From the NCBI GenBank assembly GCA_965205265.1, contig CBDBGH010000003.1, positions 1,312,001-1,376,000 of the forward strand: 64,000 bases of DNA, given 5' to 3'. Positions within the stretch are counted from its first letter, which is position 1, and every line of letters starts with the position of its first letter. The notes under the pieces are model-generated. The model saw nothing but the letters and a program-made list of their open reading frames with translations, had not been told where the DNA came from and did not search any database. The translations under genes and the position numbers were made by a program. Source of the stretch: Alphaproteobacteria bacterium (GTDB lineage Bacteria > Pseudomonadota > Alphaproteobacteria > Bin95). Positions 50,408 through 59,432 of this stretch are shown here, piece after piece.

Positions 50408-51164
50408 CCTGCTCGATATCCTGGCGCCGGGCCTTGTCGTCGGACTGCTGGTCGCGGCGGCCCATGCGCCGCTGGGTATCGAAGTCCTCAAACGCGGCAT
50501 CGTGTTCATCGACCTTGCCACCGCCCAGGTCGTCGGGCTCGCCGTCATCCTGCTCGACCTCTGGCTGCACGAACCGTCCTGGACCGTGAAGCAGGGGTCG
50601 GCCTTCGCGGCCGGCATCGCCATCGCGCTGTTCTTCCGCTGGGTCGAGCGCAAGTCGCCGGACGAGCAGGAAGCGGTGATCGGCAGCAGCTTCATCGTCG
50701 CCGCCTCGGCGGCGCTGCTGGCGCTTGCCAACGACCCGCATGGCGGCGAGGCGCTGCGCCATGTGCTTTCCGGCCAGATCCTGTTCGCGTCCTGGCACGA
50801 CATAGCGGCCTTCCTGCCGATCTACGGCCTCTTCGCCGTTCTCTGGCTCGCCGCGCCGCGTCTGCGCGCCGGCGCCGGCTTCTTCGTGTTGTTCGCCCTT
50901 GTCGTCACGGCGTCGATGCAGCTGGTCGGCGTTTATCTGGTGTTCGCAAGCCTCATCCTGCCGGCGCTCGCGGCCCGCGCTGGCAAGGGCTATATCCACT
51001 GGCGCGCCTTCGCCAGCGGCGCTCTGGCCGTCGTCGCGGGCATCGCCGTATCGGCGGCCTCCGACCTGCCCGCAGGCCCGCTCCTGGTCGTCTGCTTCGC
51101 CGTATCGGCAGCCGCAACGCGCCTGCTTTTCCGCAGCCGGCCGATATTGCGCGCTATGCGGTAG
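50397..51164 (+). CDS. Metal ABC permease (ABC-3/ZnuB family), probable ATC start
   Basis: In-frame TM segment (I)GLDLLDILAPGLVVGLLVAAAHAPLGIEVLKRG upstream of the GTG at 50502; GAGGAGG 6 nt before ATC 50397; GVYLVFASLILPA. Confidence 0.8.
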   Translation: MGLDLLDILAPGLVVGLLVAAAHAPLGIEVLKRGIVFIDLATAQVVGLAVILLDLWLHEPSWTVKQGSAFAAGIAIALFFRWVERKSPDEQEAVIGSSFIVAASAALLALANDPHGGEALRHVLSGQILFASWHDIAAFLPIYGLFAVLWLAAPRLRAGAGFFVLFALVVTASMQLVGVYLVFASLILPALAARAGKGYIHWRAFASGALAVVAGIAVSAASDLPAGPLLVVCFAVSAAATRLLFRSRPILRAMR

Positions 51165-52101
51165 TGATGGACTGCAACGCGCGCTGTCTGCGGGCCAGGT
51201 CGCGAACGGTTTCGGCGAAATACCGGAAAGCGGAAAAGTCCCAGGCCGAAACGCGAGAGACCAGGCCGGCGCGAAATCGGGTCCTCCCGAACTCGAGCGG
51301 CAACGGCTTGAGGCGAAGTTCGGGAAGCCTGTCGAGAAAGGTGGTCGGAAGGCGGGACAGGTAGGGCCCCGCGCCCATCAGGGTCAGACCCGCAGGGCCG
51401 GCGCGGACGACTATACGTACATGTTTGCCGGTTCTGGCGAAGATTTCGTCGAGAAGTTCGGCAAGCGGCGAGCGGCCTTCGTCGTCCCGCGTCCTGGCCG
51501 GAGCGTCGCAGTCGATCCACGGCCACTCCACCAAGGCGCTGCAGGTCACCTCTCCGGCGTGAAGGGGATGGTCCGAGCGGGCGACGATGCGCGATGTCAT
51601 GTCCAGAAAGCTGTCGCGCCGAAGGATTGCCGGAAGCTGGCGGTCGACATCGATGCGGCCGCAATGGAGGTCGGTTTCGCCGTTCACGAGCAACCGGATG
51701 CCCTCCAGGAATGTCATGGTGTGCAGCCTCAGCTCGACATCCGGAAAAGCATCGTGAAACCTGGCAACGGCCTCGGGCAATATGGCCTGCATCCAGATCG
51801 GGCCCGCCGTGACCCGCAGGCCGCTCGTACGGCCCGTCAGCGTCGATTTGATCGTTCCCTCGGCGGTCTCCATCTCGCGCAGGATGTAGCGGGCCTGCTC
51901 GGCGACCGTGGCGCCGAATTCGGTAAGGCGGACGCCTGTCGGGAGCCGTTCGAAGAGCTTCCCGCCGAATGAGGCCTCGAGCCGGGCGATGGCGCGCGAC
52001 AGGGCCGGCTGCGTCATCGCCATCCGGTCTGCCGCGCCAAGGACGGTGCCGGTCTCCGCGACGGTGAGGAATTTCCTGAGATCGCTGCGCTTTTCGAACA
52101 T
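51154..52101 (-). CDS. LysR-family transcriptional regulator
   Basis: AADRMAMTQPALSRAIARLE...LFERLPTGVRLT HTH. Confidence 0.9.
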   Translation of the reverse strand: MFEKRSDLRKFLTVAETGTVLGAADRMAMTQPALSRAIARLEASFGGKLFERLPTGVRLTEFGATVAEQARYILREMETAEGTIKSTLTGRTSGLRVTAGPIWMQAILPEAVARFHDAFPDVELRLHTMTFLEGIRLLVNGETDLHCGRIDVDRQLPAILRRDSFLDMTSRIVARSDHPLHAGEVTCSALVEWPWIDCDAPARTRDDEGRSPLAELLDEIFARTGKHVRIVVRAGPAGLTLMGAGPYLSRLPTTFLDRLPELRLKPLPLEFGRTRFRAGLVSRVSAWDFSAFRYFAETVRDLARRQRALQSITTA

Positions 52102-52556
52102 GCGCACTTCACTCCTTGGGCAGTCTGCAGGAGGACTTGTGGCAGTTATATAGGCGATAACGCCTGAAAATTAAGGATTCAATTTTCCAATTCGATAAAA
52201 AATCACACAATTTATTATATCGAAGTTAGAGCCATAAGATTAACTTTCGGGCCCTATTAGTTTTTATCGTATCGGTAAAAACGCCAATATAGTATAATAT
52301 CCAGTCGAATTTCGATTTTATGAAATTTCTGCGTGGAGAATCGCCCATCGGCATTCCCGGACAAAATATCGCTTTGCCGGTTCGATGACCTCAATTGCGG
52401 AAATTACGAAATCTTCCGATGAGCATTGCGGTTCGACTGTTGAAAAAGATTCGAGACGGGCGGCCCTGAAAAGGCCGTATTCCGGCCATGCCGCTGCCGC
52501 ACAGGCCGTTTAGCCGGGGTCCATCGCAACCCGTATCCTGAGAGGAGGACCTCGGC

Positions 52557-53624
52557 ATGCATCGTTTCGGTATCCTGTCGGCGGCCATTCTGCTTGCCGC
52601 CGCTGCAATGGGCCCGGCGACGGCGCCCGCATCGGACCGCGACTACCGCCTCACCGGGCCCTATACCCACGACGCCCTCGCGATCTATCTGATCCATCGC
52701 GAGGCGGAAAACCCCGGCCCCGTGCCGCTCACGCTTGCCGAGGCGATGGAGCAGGGCGTCGTGAAGGTTATGGAAACCGGCGATGTCGAGGAGTTGGTCG
52801 TCCGCAATCGAGGTGGCCGCGAGGTCTTCATCCAGGCAGGCGATATCGTCAAGGGCGGCAAGCAGGATCGCGTGCTGACCATCAGCATGGTCGTGCCGCC
52901 GCATTCCGGAGACATTCCCGTCGGCGCCTTCTGCGTGGAGCAGGGCCGATGGGAAGGGCGGGGCTCCGAGAAAGAGCGCGAGTTCTCGGCGTCCACGGCG
53001 CGCCTGCCGTCGAAGTCCGGCAGGGTGGCGCTCTACCGCCGGGCGCAGGAAAGCCTGAGTGCGACCGGCGGCAGACGGGCATGGACAAGGGACCGTTCGT
53101 CGGGCCGGGGCGACCTCCAGGGGCGGATATGGGCGTCGGTCACGGCGACGCAGTCGGGCCTGGGCGGGGCCGTGAGGCAGTCCGTGGCCGACGAGCGGTC
53201 GCGCTCAAGCCTGCAACTGTCTCTGGAGAACGCCGCTCTGGCGTCGGCGCTGGAAGGTTATGAGGAAGCGCTGGGGCGGCTGGCGCAGGACCATCCGGAC
53301 GCGGTCGGCTATGTCTTCGCCATAGGCGGCAGGCTCGACGGCGGCGACGAGTTCGCGAGCACCGGCCTGTTCCGGAAGCTCTGGGCGCGGCAGTTGAAGG
53401 CGGCGGCGACGGAGGCCCTGGCGTCGGAGGACGAAACGGCGCGACCCGGCCCGACTCTGGCCGAGGTCGCAGTCTTCATCGACGCCGCGCGCACCGGCGA
53501 GGGCTCGAGCAGGGCCATGCCCGGACGGATAACCGTCGAAACCCGTGCGTCGGACGAAGCCTTCTACACCGAGATGCGCCGCTCGCAAGGCACCTGGGTC
53601 CACCGCAGCATCATCGCCCGGTAA
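52557..53624 (+). CDS. Exported ARPP-1/DUF6569-like domain protein
   Basis: Signal peptide; LTLAEA, VEELVVRN, GDIVKGGKQDR, FCVEQGRW, AVGYVFAIGG, FRKLW. Confidence 0.65.
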   Translation: MHRFGILSAAILLAAAAMGPATAPASDRDYRLTGPYTHDALAIYLIHREAENPGPVPLTLAEAMEQGVVKVMETGDVEELVVRNRGGREVFIQAGDIVKGGKQDRVLTISMVVPPHSGDIPVGAFCVEQGRWEGRGSEKEREFSASTARLPSKSGRVALYRRAQESLSATGGRRAWTRDRSSGRGDLQGRIWASVTATQSGLGGAVRQSVADERSRSSLQLSLENAALASALEGYEEALGRLAQDHPDAVGYVFAIGGRLDGGDEFASTGLFRKLWARQLKAAATEALASEDETARPGPTLAEVAVFIDAARTGEGSSRAMPGRITVETRASDEAFYTEMRRSQGTWVHRSIIAR

Positions 53625-53674
53625 CGCAGGCCGGGCTGCCGACTACGGCGCATAACAGGCGGAATCGCCTGGGG

Positions 53675-54076
53675 TCACCGGATGGACAACCGTTGTTCGA
53701 CCCATCGAACGACCGTTTCGGCGATTTCTGTAGCTTGCGAGTATTCTTCGGTGGTTACCGGGCGCACGACACCGGGGTAACGTGTGGCGGAGGCGTAGAG
53801 AGTCAGTTCGGCAGCAGCGCGTATCTCTTCCGGTACCTCTTCTCCTTCCTCTTCCAAAAGGAACAGCAGACGCCCCAGATCGTGCACGTAGGGGAAGTCG
53901 ATGCGTCGTTCGATCAACAATGCCTTGACCGCCTTCTCCGCGGCCTGTTGAGCGAGAAAGCACAGGTCCTCCAGATAGGCTTCGGGAACCCGATTGCGGG
54001 CCAAGACCAGACTGCTTCTCGCCCGGTTCAGCCATTCGCGGGGATCGTCCGGAGAGAAACGCTCAGGAGGCGTCAT
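53675..54076 (-). CDS. HEPN-domain protein (toxin)
   Basis: WLNRA, CFLAQQAAEKAVKA, VHDLGRL, RYP. Confidence 0.88.
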   Translation of the reverse strand: MTPPERFSPDDPREWLNRARSSLVLARNRVPEAYLEDLCFLAQQAAEKAVKALLIERRIDFPYVHDLGRLLFLLEEEGEEVPEEIRAAAELTLYASATRYPGVVRPVTTEEYSQATEIAETVVRWVEQRLSIR

Positions 54077-54392
54077 AGAGCACCTGCCCTTCCAGAAGGG
54101 CGGATTTGAAGACCAGGGCATGACTGTCCCTGAACCGTTCCAGGTCCTTCGGCGCTGCAACGACCGCGTCCACTGCGGCGCCCGCTCCGTACAAACTCCG
54201 GTATATGCGCCCCAGCAGGCCGAGAGTATCGGGATCGTCCTTGACGACCAGAATGTCCAGATCGCTGTCGGCGCCCATATCTCCTCTGGCCGCCGATCCG
54301 AAAAGAATTATCTTTTCAGGGGCGGCGGCTTCGACGATGCGTCTGACAATATCGTCGATAGTTTCCCGACTGGTTGTCTGCTGCGCATTCAT
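54063..54392 (-). CDS. Minimal nucleotidyltransferase (MNT antitoxin)
   Basis: IILFGSAARGD...DSDLDILVV. Confidence 0.9.
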   Translation of the reverse strand: MNAQQTTSRETIDDIVRRIVEAAAPEKIILFGSAARGDMGADSDLDILVVKDDPDTLGLLGRIYRSLYGAGAAVDAVVAAPKDLERFRDSHALVFKSALLEGQVLYDAS

Positions 54393-54432
54393 GGCAATCC
54401 AAGGGTCCCGGTTCGTGTCCGACGCCGCTTGG

Positions 54433-54957
54433 CTATCCGCTGCGGATGGCGGCGAGGATGGGCTGGATGGCGCGCTCGGCGATGTCCGTCAGCTCTTCCG
54501 GCGTGCGGTTCTGGATCGGGTGGTCCACGAACACCACGGCCGGGCGCACGCCCATGGCGTCCGCCTGCACGGCGGCGGCGTCGCGGAACTCCTCGGTCGC
54601 AATGGCGCAGCCGGGCATTCCCAGGCGGTCCAGCTCGATGATGTCATGCAAACTGCACGACGTGCACGAGCCTCAGTCCGCAAGCCCTTCGACAACGATG
54701 TCGCAGCGCTCCACGAGGTCCTGGATGACGCCGCGCGGGGCGGGCTTGGTGTGCGTCGGCTTGGCGAAGCGCATCACCTTCAGGCCCTGGGCGGCCAGCC
54801 GCTCCTCCACCGCGTCGAGGAACTCCACCGAACGCTCCTTGCCGATGGAGAGCAGGCCGATGGTGAGGCCGTCGAGGCTTGCCGGCGGCACGACGGGCTG
54901 CCGGTAGGCCGGCTCCGTCTCCGCCGTCGGGTCCCGCATCGTATAGGGTTCCGTCAT
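54433..54957 (-). CDS. Small UGSC-family selenoprotein (174 aa, AD-U-GSCTSC)
   Basis: ORFs ending at 54673 and starting at 54651 are in the same frame, joined by TGA-GGC-TCG-TGC-ACG-TCG-TGC; ATG 54957 after AAGGAG; SECIS-like hairpin. Confidence 0.9.
54633..54671 (-). promoter_or_regulatory. Bacterial SECIS-like hairpin
   Basis: GCTCG-TGCAC-GTCGTGCA-[GTT]-TGCATGAC-ATCAT-CGAGC; loop 19 nt after UGA, begins with G. Confidence 0.75.
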
Positions 54958-56402
54958 GGTCCGATCTCCTTCGTTACAGGATCGACTTCTCCGGTCATCC
55001 GCATTCCGGTCCACCCCCCTATGACCGCCGAGAACAGGCCCGCCGGTCCGCCCGCGCGCGCAATCAGGAAGGTGGGTTCGCGGAACTTGTCGATGACTTC
55101 GTGCTCCCGGCCGGGCTCCAGTCCTTCGGCGAGGCCGCCGGCGCCGCGCACGACGTCGCGTCCCGGTCGTTTCAGCGCGGTCCAGAGGGCTTCATGGATT
55201 TCATCGCGGCCCCAGCCCTCGGACTTGTAGATAAGGTAATGCTCCGGCGAGAGCACCAGCAGCGCCCCGCCGAACTCGCAGAGCTTCGGATGGTTCACAT
55301 GCCAGAGATAGTGGGCGAGCGAGGTCGTCAGCTCCTTCGCCGTGCGGCTCTTCTGGTCCACGAAGCCGCTCACCCCCTCGCCGTGGAAGAGGGTGACGGC
55401 GGACCTGCCCGGCGGGATGCCGCGCGCGACCGAGAGCGGCGTCCAGTCCGGGTCGGTTTCGTCCTCCGCGAAGCAGAAGGTGTATTTGCCGGGATTGCCG
55501 AGCGCCGCGCGGTCGATCTCGCCCGGCCGCCCGCCGCCGACATTGCGGACGATGAGCTGGAAGGCCCGGCCGATGGTGGCGTTGGCGCGGTTGCCCTGGC
55601 CGAGCGCGTTCAGGCCCCAGTTCATGCCGATGCGGCGCACGACGGGGCCGTTCACGACGATCACGGGCCCCGCGAAATGCGTCGTACAGAGCAGGCCGTG
55701 CATGGAGAACGCCGGGTCCAGTGCCGCTTCGACCGCTGCCAGCACGGTCGGGAAATATTCGGGCCGGCAGCCGGCCATGACGGCGTTGATGGCCGCCTTC
55801 TCCACCGTGCAGGGGATGAGGTTGGGCGGGATCGCCCCGATAACCTCGCCGGCCGCGCGCGTGGTGCCGGCCAGCATCCGCGCCACGCGCAGGTCGGTCG
55901 GCGGCACGATCGGCAGCCCGTCGGTCCAGCCCCGGTCGAAGGCCGCTTCCATCGGGTCGTCATGGTCCTCGACGGTGATCCGCCGCGCCTTGAGCGGGAT
56001 ATCGCCGAAGCGCACCGCCAGCCTCTCCGGCATCCCGAACTCGACCGACAGCGACCCGCATCCGGGCCGGTTCTCGGGCAGGTCCTCGCCGAGACCGTCG
56101 TTGCCGGTAAGGGCCCGCCATTCGGCCTTGTTCCATCCGATCGCGCGCGCGGCTTCCCTGCCGCCGCTGAAGCGGATCAAGGTCGGCACGGTCTCGATGT
56201 CAAGCCGGTATGAAAGCTCGAGATCGCCGTCGTGACGGGGCGCGGCGCCCTCGGGAAAGAAGGGATCGTCCTGCGTAACCGCAACGGCCCCTTTTGCCGC
56301 CAGTTCCGCGAGGACCGGCGCAACCAGGACGCAGGTCGGACAGTCCCGCTTGACCACCGCCAGCAGGCCGTCGGAAGGAAGGGCATCGCGCCAACCGGTC
56401 AC
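54954..56402 (-). CDS. Thioredoxin-like (CPTC) domain fused to a UGSC-partner WTDGLP domain
   Basis: KRDCPTC...IETVPTL thioredoxin fold; GCGS; GWTDGLPIVPPT, INAVMAGCRPEY, NRANATIGRA, GNPGKY, FAE. Confidence 0.82.
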   Translation of the reverse strand: MTGWRDALPSDGLLAVVKRDCPTCVLVAPVLAELAAKGAVAVTQDDPFFPEGAAPRHDGDLELSYRLDIETVPTLIRFSGGREAARAIGWNKAEWRALTGNDGLGEDLPENRPGCGSLSVEFGMPERLAVRFGDIPLKARRITVEDHDDPMEAAFDRGWTDGLPIVPPTDLRVARMLAGTTRAAGEVIGAIPPNLIPCTVEKAAINAVMAGCRPEYFPTVLAAVEAALDPAFSMHGLLCTTHFAGPVIVVNGPVVRRIGMNWGLNALGQGNRANATIGRAFQLIVRNVGGGRPGEIDRAALGNPGKYTFCFAEDETDPDWTPLSVARGIPPGRSAVTLFHGEGVSGFVDQKSRTAKELTTSLAHYLWHVNHPKLCEFGGALLVLSPEHYLIYKSEGWGRDEIHEALWTALKRPGRDVVRGAGGLAEGLEPGREHEVIDKFREPTFLIARAGGPAGLFSAVIGGWTGMRMTGEVDPVTKEIGP

Positions 56403-56415
56403 TTGTCAGCCTCCG

Positions 56416-58044
56416 TTACTCAGCCGCTGAAGCACTTTGCACGGAAACCGTATCCGCTTCCATGGCCTCCGCCATGCGGCGGAGTTCTGCTTTCTGGATC
56501 TTGGTGCCGTTGGCGCTGTGGGTGACGGGGAAGGCGTCTATGGCGGCGGCCCGGACGGGCACCTTGTAGTTGGCCATGGTCTCGCGGCACCAGGCGAGGA
56601 GCGCCGTTTCGTCAAAGCGGCCTTCCGCCGGGCGCACGAAGGCGAAGGCGCGAGGCCCTCGCGGCGTGGCCACGCCGACGACCTGGCACCCGGCGACCGT
56701 GGGATGCGTCTCGATATGCGCCTCGATCTCGCTCGGGCTGGTGAGGAACCCGGCGAGGCGGAGCGTGTCGCCCATGCGCGCCTCATAGACGAAGCTGCCG
56801 TCGGCGCGCATGCGGCCGGCGTCTCCGGTGCGCAGGAACCCGTCCTCCGTCATCGCCGCGGCGGTGGCTTCCGGGTTGCCCTCATAGCGGAGGAAGAGGC
56901 TCGGGCAACGCATTTCGACCTCGCCCGAGACGCCGGGCGGACAGAGCGCGCCGGTCTCGACATCGCGCACCCGCACCGCGGCTTCCGGAGCCACGGGATA
57001 GCCGCCGCCTGCCAGCCGGTCCTCCAGCGGCGCGTCGATCTTCTGCACGGCCATCAGCGCGCCGACCTCGCTCATGCCGTAAAGCCCGATCAGCGGCACG
57101 CCGCGCGCCAGCGTCCGCGCCGCGAAATCCTCCAGCGTCGGATTGAACAGCGCATAGCCGCAGAGGCGCAGGCTCGGGAAGGGTTCCGGCTCTTCGCGCA
57201 GGGCCAGCATGCCCGCATACATATCGTCCGTGCCCATGAAATGCGTGACCTTGTGCCGGCGCACCGCTTCGGCGGCCTCGCCCGGCGTGAACAGCGGGGC
57301 CAGGACGTTGGGCGCGCCGGCGGCAACCGTCGCCATCATGGTCGAGAAGCCGAACACGCCGCAAAGCGGCGTCGCCTGGTAGCTGACCGCGCCCGGCCGG
57401 TCCCAGCCGAAGGCGGCGACGCAGTCGCGGGCATGGCGCGTCACCGGCTCCTGTCCGTGCAGCACGAATTTGGGCTTCGAGGTGGTGCCGGAGGTTGTGA
57501 AGATGTTGCAGGGGTCGTCCGGCGCCGCGCGGTCCTCGGCCAGCGGCGGAGCCCCGAACAGCGCCCGCACCGCCGTGACCGGCTTGCCGGCCACTCGCTC
57601 TGGCACCGGCGCTTCGCCCTCGTCATGGACCAGCACCCGCTCGAGACCGGCGAGCGCGTCGTCCCCGATCTCGACCAGCATCCCGGCGAAGTCGATGTCC
57701 TTGAAACCCGGCCACATGACAAGCGCCCGCGCCCCGGACCGCGAAAGGATGTCCGCGACTTCGAGCGCCCGGAAGCGGGTGTTGACCGCGACCGTCACCG
57801 CGCCGAGGCGGCCGAGCGCAAAATAGAGCGCGAGCCAGGCCGGTACGTTCGGCAGCCAGAGCGCGACCTTGTCGCCCCGCCCGATACCGAGTTCCGCCAG
57901 CGCCGCCGCCGCCCGGCGCGAGCGGTCCAGCAGGTCGGCATAGCTCCAGGTCTCTTCGCCGCAGATGAGCGCCGGCGCGTCCCCCGTTTCTTCTTCCGCG
58001 ACGCGCTCCAGCAGGGCGGAGAGGGTCTCGCGCATGTCCCTCAC
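56416..58044 (-). CDS. Acyl-CoA synthetase (CaiC/fatty-acyl-CoA type)
   Basis: TTSGTTSKPK, YGMSE, RTGDAG, YKVP; start may be 58035. Confidence 0.88.
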   Translation of the reverse strand: MRDMRETLSALLERVAEEETGDAPALICGEETWSYADLLDRSRRAAAALAELGIGRGDKVALWLPNVPAWLALYFALGRLGAVTVAVNTRFRALEVADILSRSGARALVMWPGFKDIDFAGMLVEIGDDALAGLERVLVHDEGEAPVPERVAGKPVTAVRALFGAPPLAEDRAAPDDPCNIFTTSGTTSKPKFVLHGQEPVTRHARDCVAAFGWDRPGAVSYQATPLCGVFGFSTMMATVAAGAPNVLAPLFTPGEAAEAVRRHKVTHFMGTDDMYAGMLALREEPEPFPSLRLCGYALFNPTLEDFAARTLARGVPLIGLYGMSEVGALMAVQKIDAPLEDRLAGGGYPVAPEAAVRVRDVETGALCPPGVSGEVEMRCPSLFLRYEGNPEATAAAMTEDGFLRTGDAGRMRADGSFVYEARMGDTLRLAGFLTSPSEIEAHIETHPTVAGCQVVGVATPRGPRAFAFVRPAEGRFDETALLAWCRETMANYKVPVRAAAIDAFPVTHSANGTKIQKAELRRMAEAMEADTVSVQSASAAE

Positions 58045-59069
58045 GCCCGCACGAAACGCAAGACGCCGTCTGGCCCCTGCTCGCGCTCGGCGCGCCCCGC
58101 CTGCCAGAGATTGTGGAGATGGGCGATGGATTCGCCGATGGCGAAGGACTGCTGGTGCAGGTCCAGCGGACGGTGGAAGAAGACCGGCAGCAGGTCTATG
58201 GCGTGCCTCGGTTCCGCCAGGGCTTCGCAGCCGTCGTCGAGGCGGGCCCGGTGGTGGTCGCGCAACTGCGCGAGGCGCTCATGCAGGCCGTAGAACGGCC
58301 GGTCGTGGCTGCAAAGCGTGAAGGTGCCGTCCGGCAGGTGGGCGAAGGCGTGGGTGCTGTCGAGAAACTGCTGCAGCGGGTCGCCGTCCGGCTCCACGAA
58401 ATGCACAGAGACATTGGTCGTGATGCGCGGCAGCACCTGGTCGCCCGAGATCAGCAGTTTCGACTCCGGGCAGGCGAGGCAGACATGCTCGGGCGAATGG
58501 CCGGAGCCGGTGATCGCCTGCCATTCGCGCCCGCCGATGCGGATGGTGTCGCCATGCCGGATGCGGCGATAGACGATGGGCGGCCGAACGACGTTCTGGG
58601 CGTAGAAATTGCCGCGCCCGCGCATGGCGTCCACGGTCGTCGTGGCCATGCCGTTGCGCCGCCAGAAGCGCAGCATCTCTTCCATGTTGCGTTCGCGGGC
58701 GTCGAAGGCGAAATGCGACCAGAGCCATTCCGCGAGGCTCATCCAGAGCTCCGCTTCGGGAAAGCGCGCAAGCAGCCATTGCGCGAGGCCCATATGGTCC
58801 GGGTGGAAATGGGTGACCAGAACGCGGCGGACCGGGCGCCCGGCAAGCAGCGTGCGGATCAGCGTCTCCCAGAGATCGCGCACGCCGTCCTTGTTCAGCC
58901 CGCAATCGACGACGGTCCAGCCGTCCCCGTCTTCCAGCAGGTAGAGGTTGATGTGGTCGAGCACGAAGGGCAGCGGCATCCGCACCCACCAGATTCCCTC
59001 GGCCACCTGCCGCGCCGCGCCCTCGGGCGGCGGCTCGTCATAAGGGTACTCGACGACGACGGCGTTCAC
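58041..59069 (-). CDS. MBL-fold metallohydrolase
   Basis: LDHINLYLL, THFHPDH, GHSPEH, SGD, ITTNVS; GTG start. Confidence 0.88.
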   Translation of the reverse strand: MNAVVVEYPYDEPPPEGAARQVAEGIWWVRMPLPFVLDHINLYLLEDGDGWTVVDCGLNKDGVRDLWETLIRTLLAGRPVRRVLVTHFHPDHMGLAQWLLARFPEAELWMSLAEWLWSHFAFDARERNMEEMLRFWRRNGMATTTVDAMRGRGNFYAQNVVRPPIVYRRIRHGDTIRIGGREWQAITGSGHSPEHVCLACPESKLLISGDQVLPRITTNVSVHFVEPDGDPLQQFLDSTHAFAHLPDGTFTLCSHDRPFYGLHERLAQLRDHHRARLDDGCEALAEPRHAIDLLPVFFHRPLDLHQQSFAIGESIAHLHNLWQAGRAEREQGPDGVLRFVRA

Positions 59070-59323
59070 TTGCCGGTTTCTGCCAGCCGGGCCTCCAGGG
59101 CGGCGACGCGCGCTTCCAGCCGCTCCTGCTCCATGCGCGCGTTCTGCGCCATCTCCTGCACGGCCTCGAAATCCTCGCGCCGCACAAGGTCCATCGAATC
59201 GAGCAATTGCTGCAGCCGGTCGCGGACCATCGACTCCATCTCGTCGCGAACGGCGCCCGCCGCGCCGGCGGCGCCTGAGGCCATGCGGGCCAGATCGTCC
59301 AGGACACGTTTTCCGGTTTGCAT
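59066..59323 (-). CDS. ubiK: UbiK/BMFP accessory factor
   Basis: LDDLAR, MDLVRREDFEAV, coiled-coil RVAALEARL; divergent from lgt as in many Alphaproteobacteria. Confidence 0.82.
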   Translation of the reverse strand: MQTGKRVLDDLARMASGAAGAAGAVRDEMESMVRDRLQQLLDSMDLVRREDFEAVQEMAQNARMEQERLEARVAALEARLAETGK

Positions 59324-59432
59324 GGGTTCGACTCCGGGCATAGCTTCTCGACCGCGCCGACAGGATGGGCCATGAAATGATGCTTGTCACGGGAGATCGC
59401 GCCGGCCGGTCGGAGCCGGCGAAACCCCGGCC

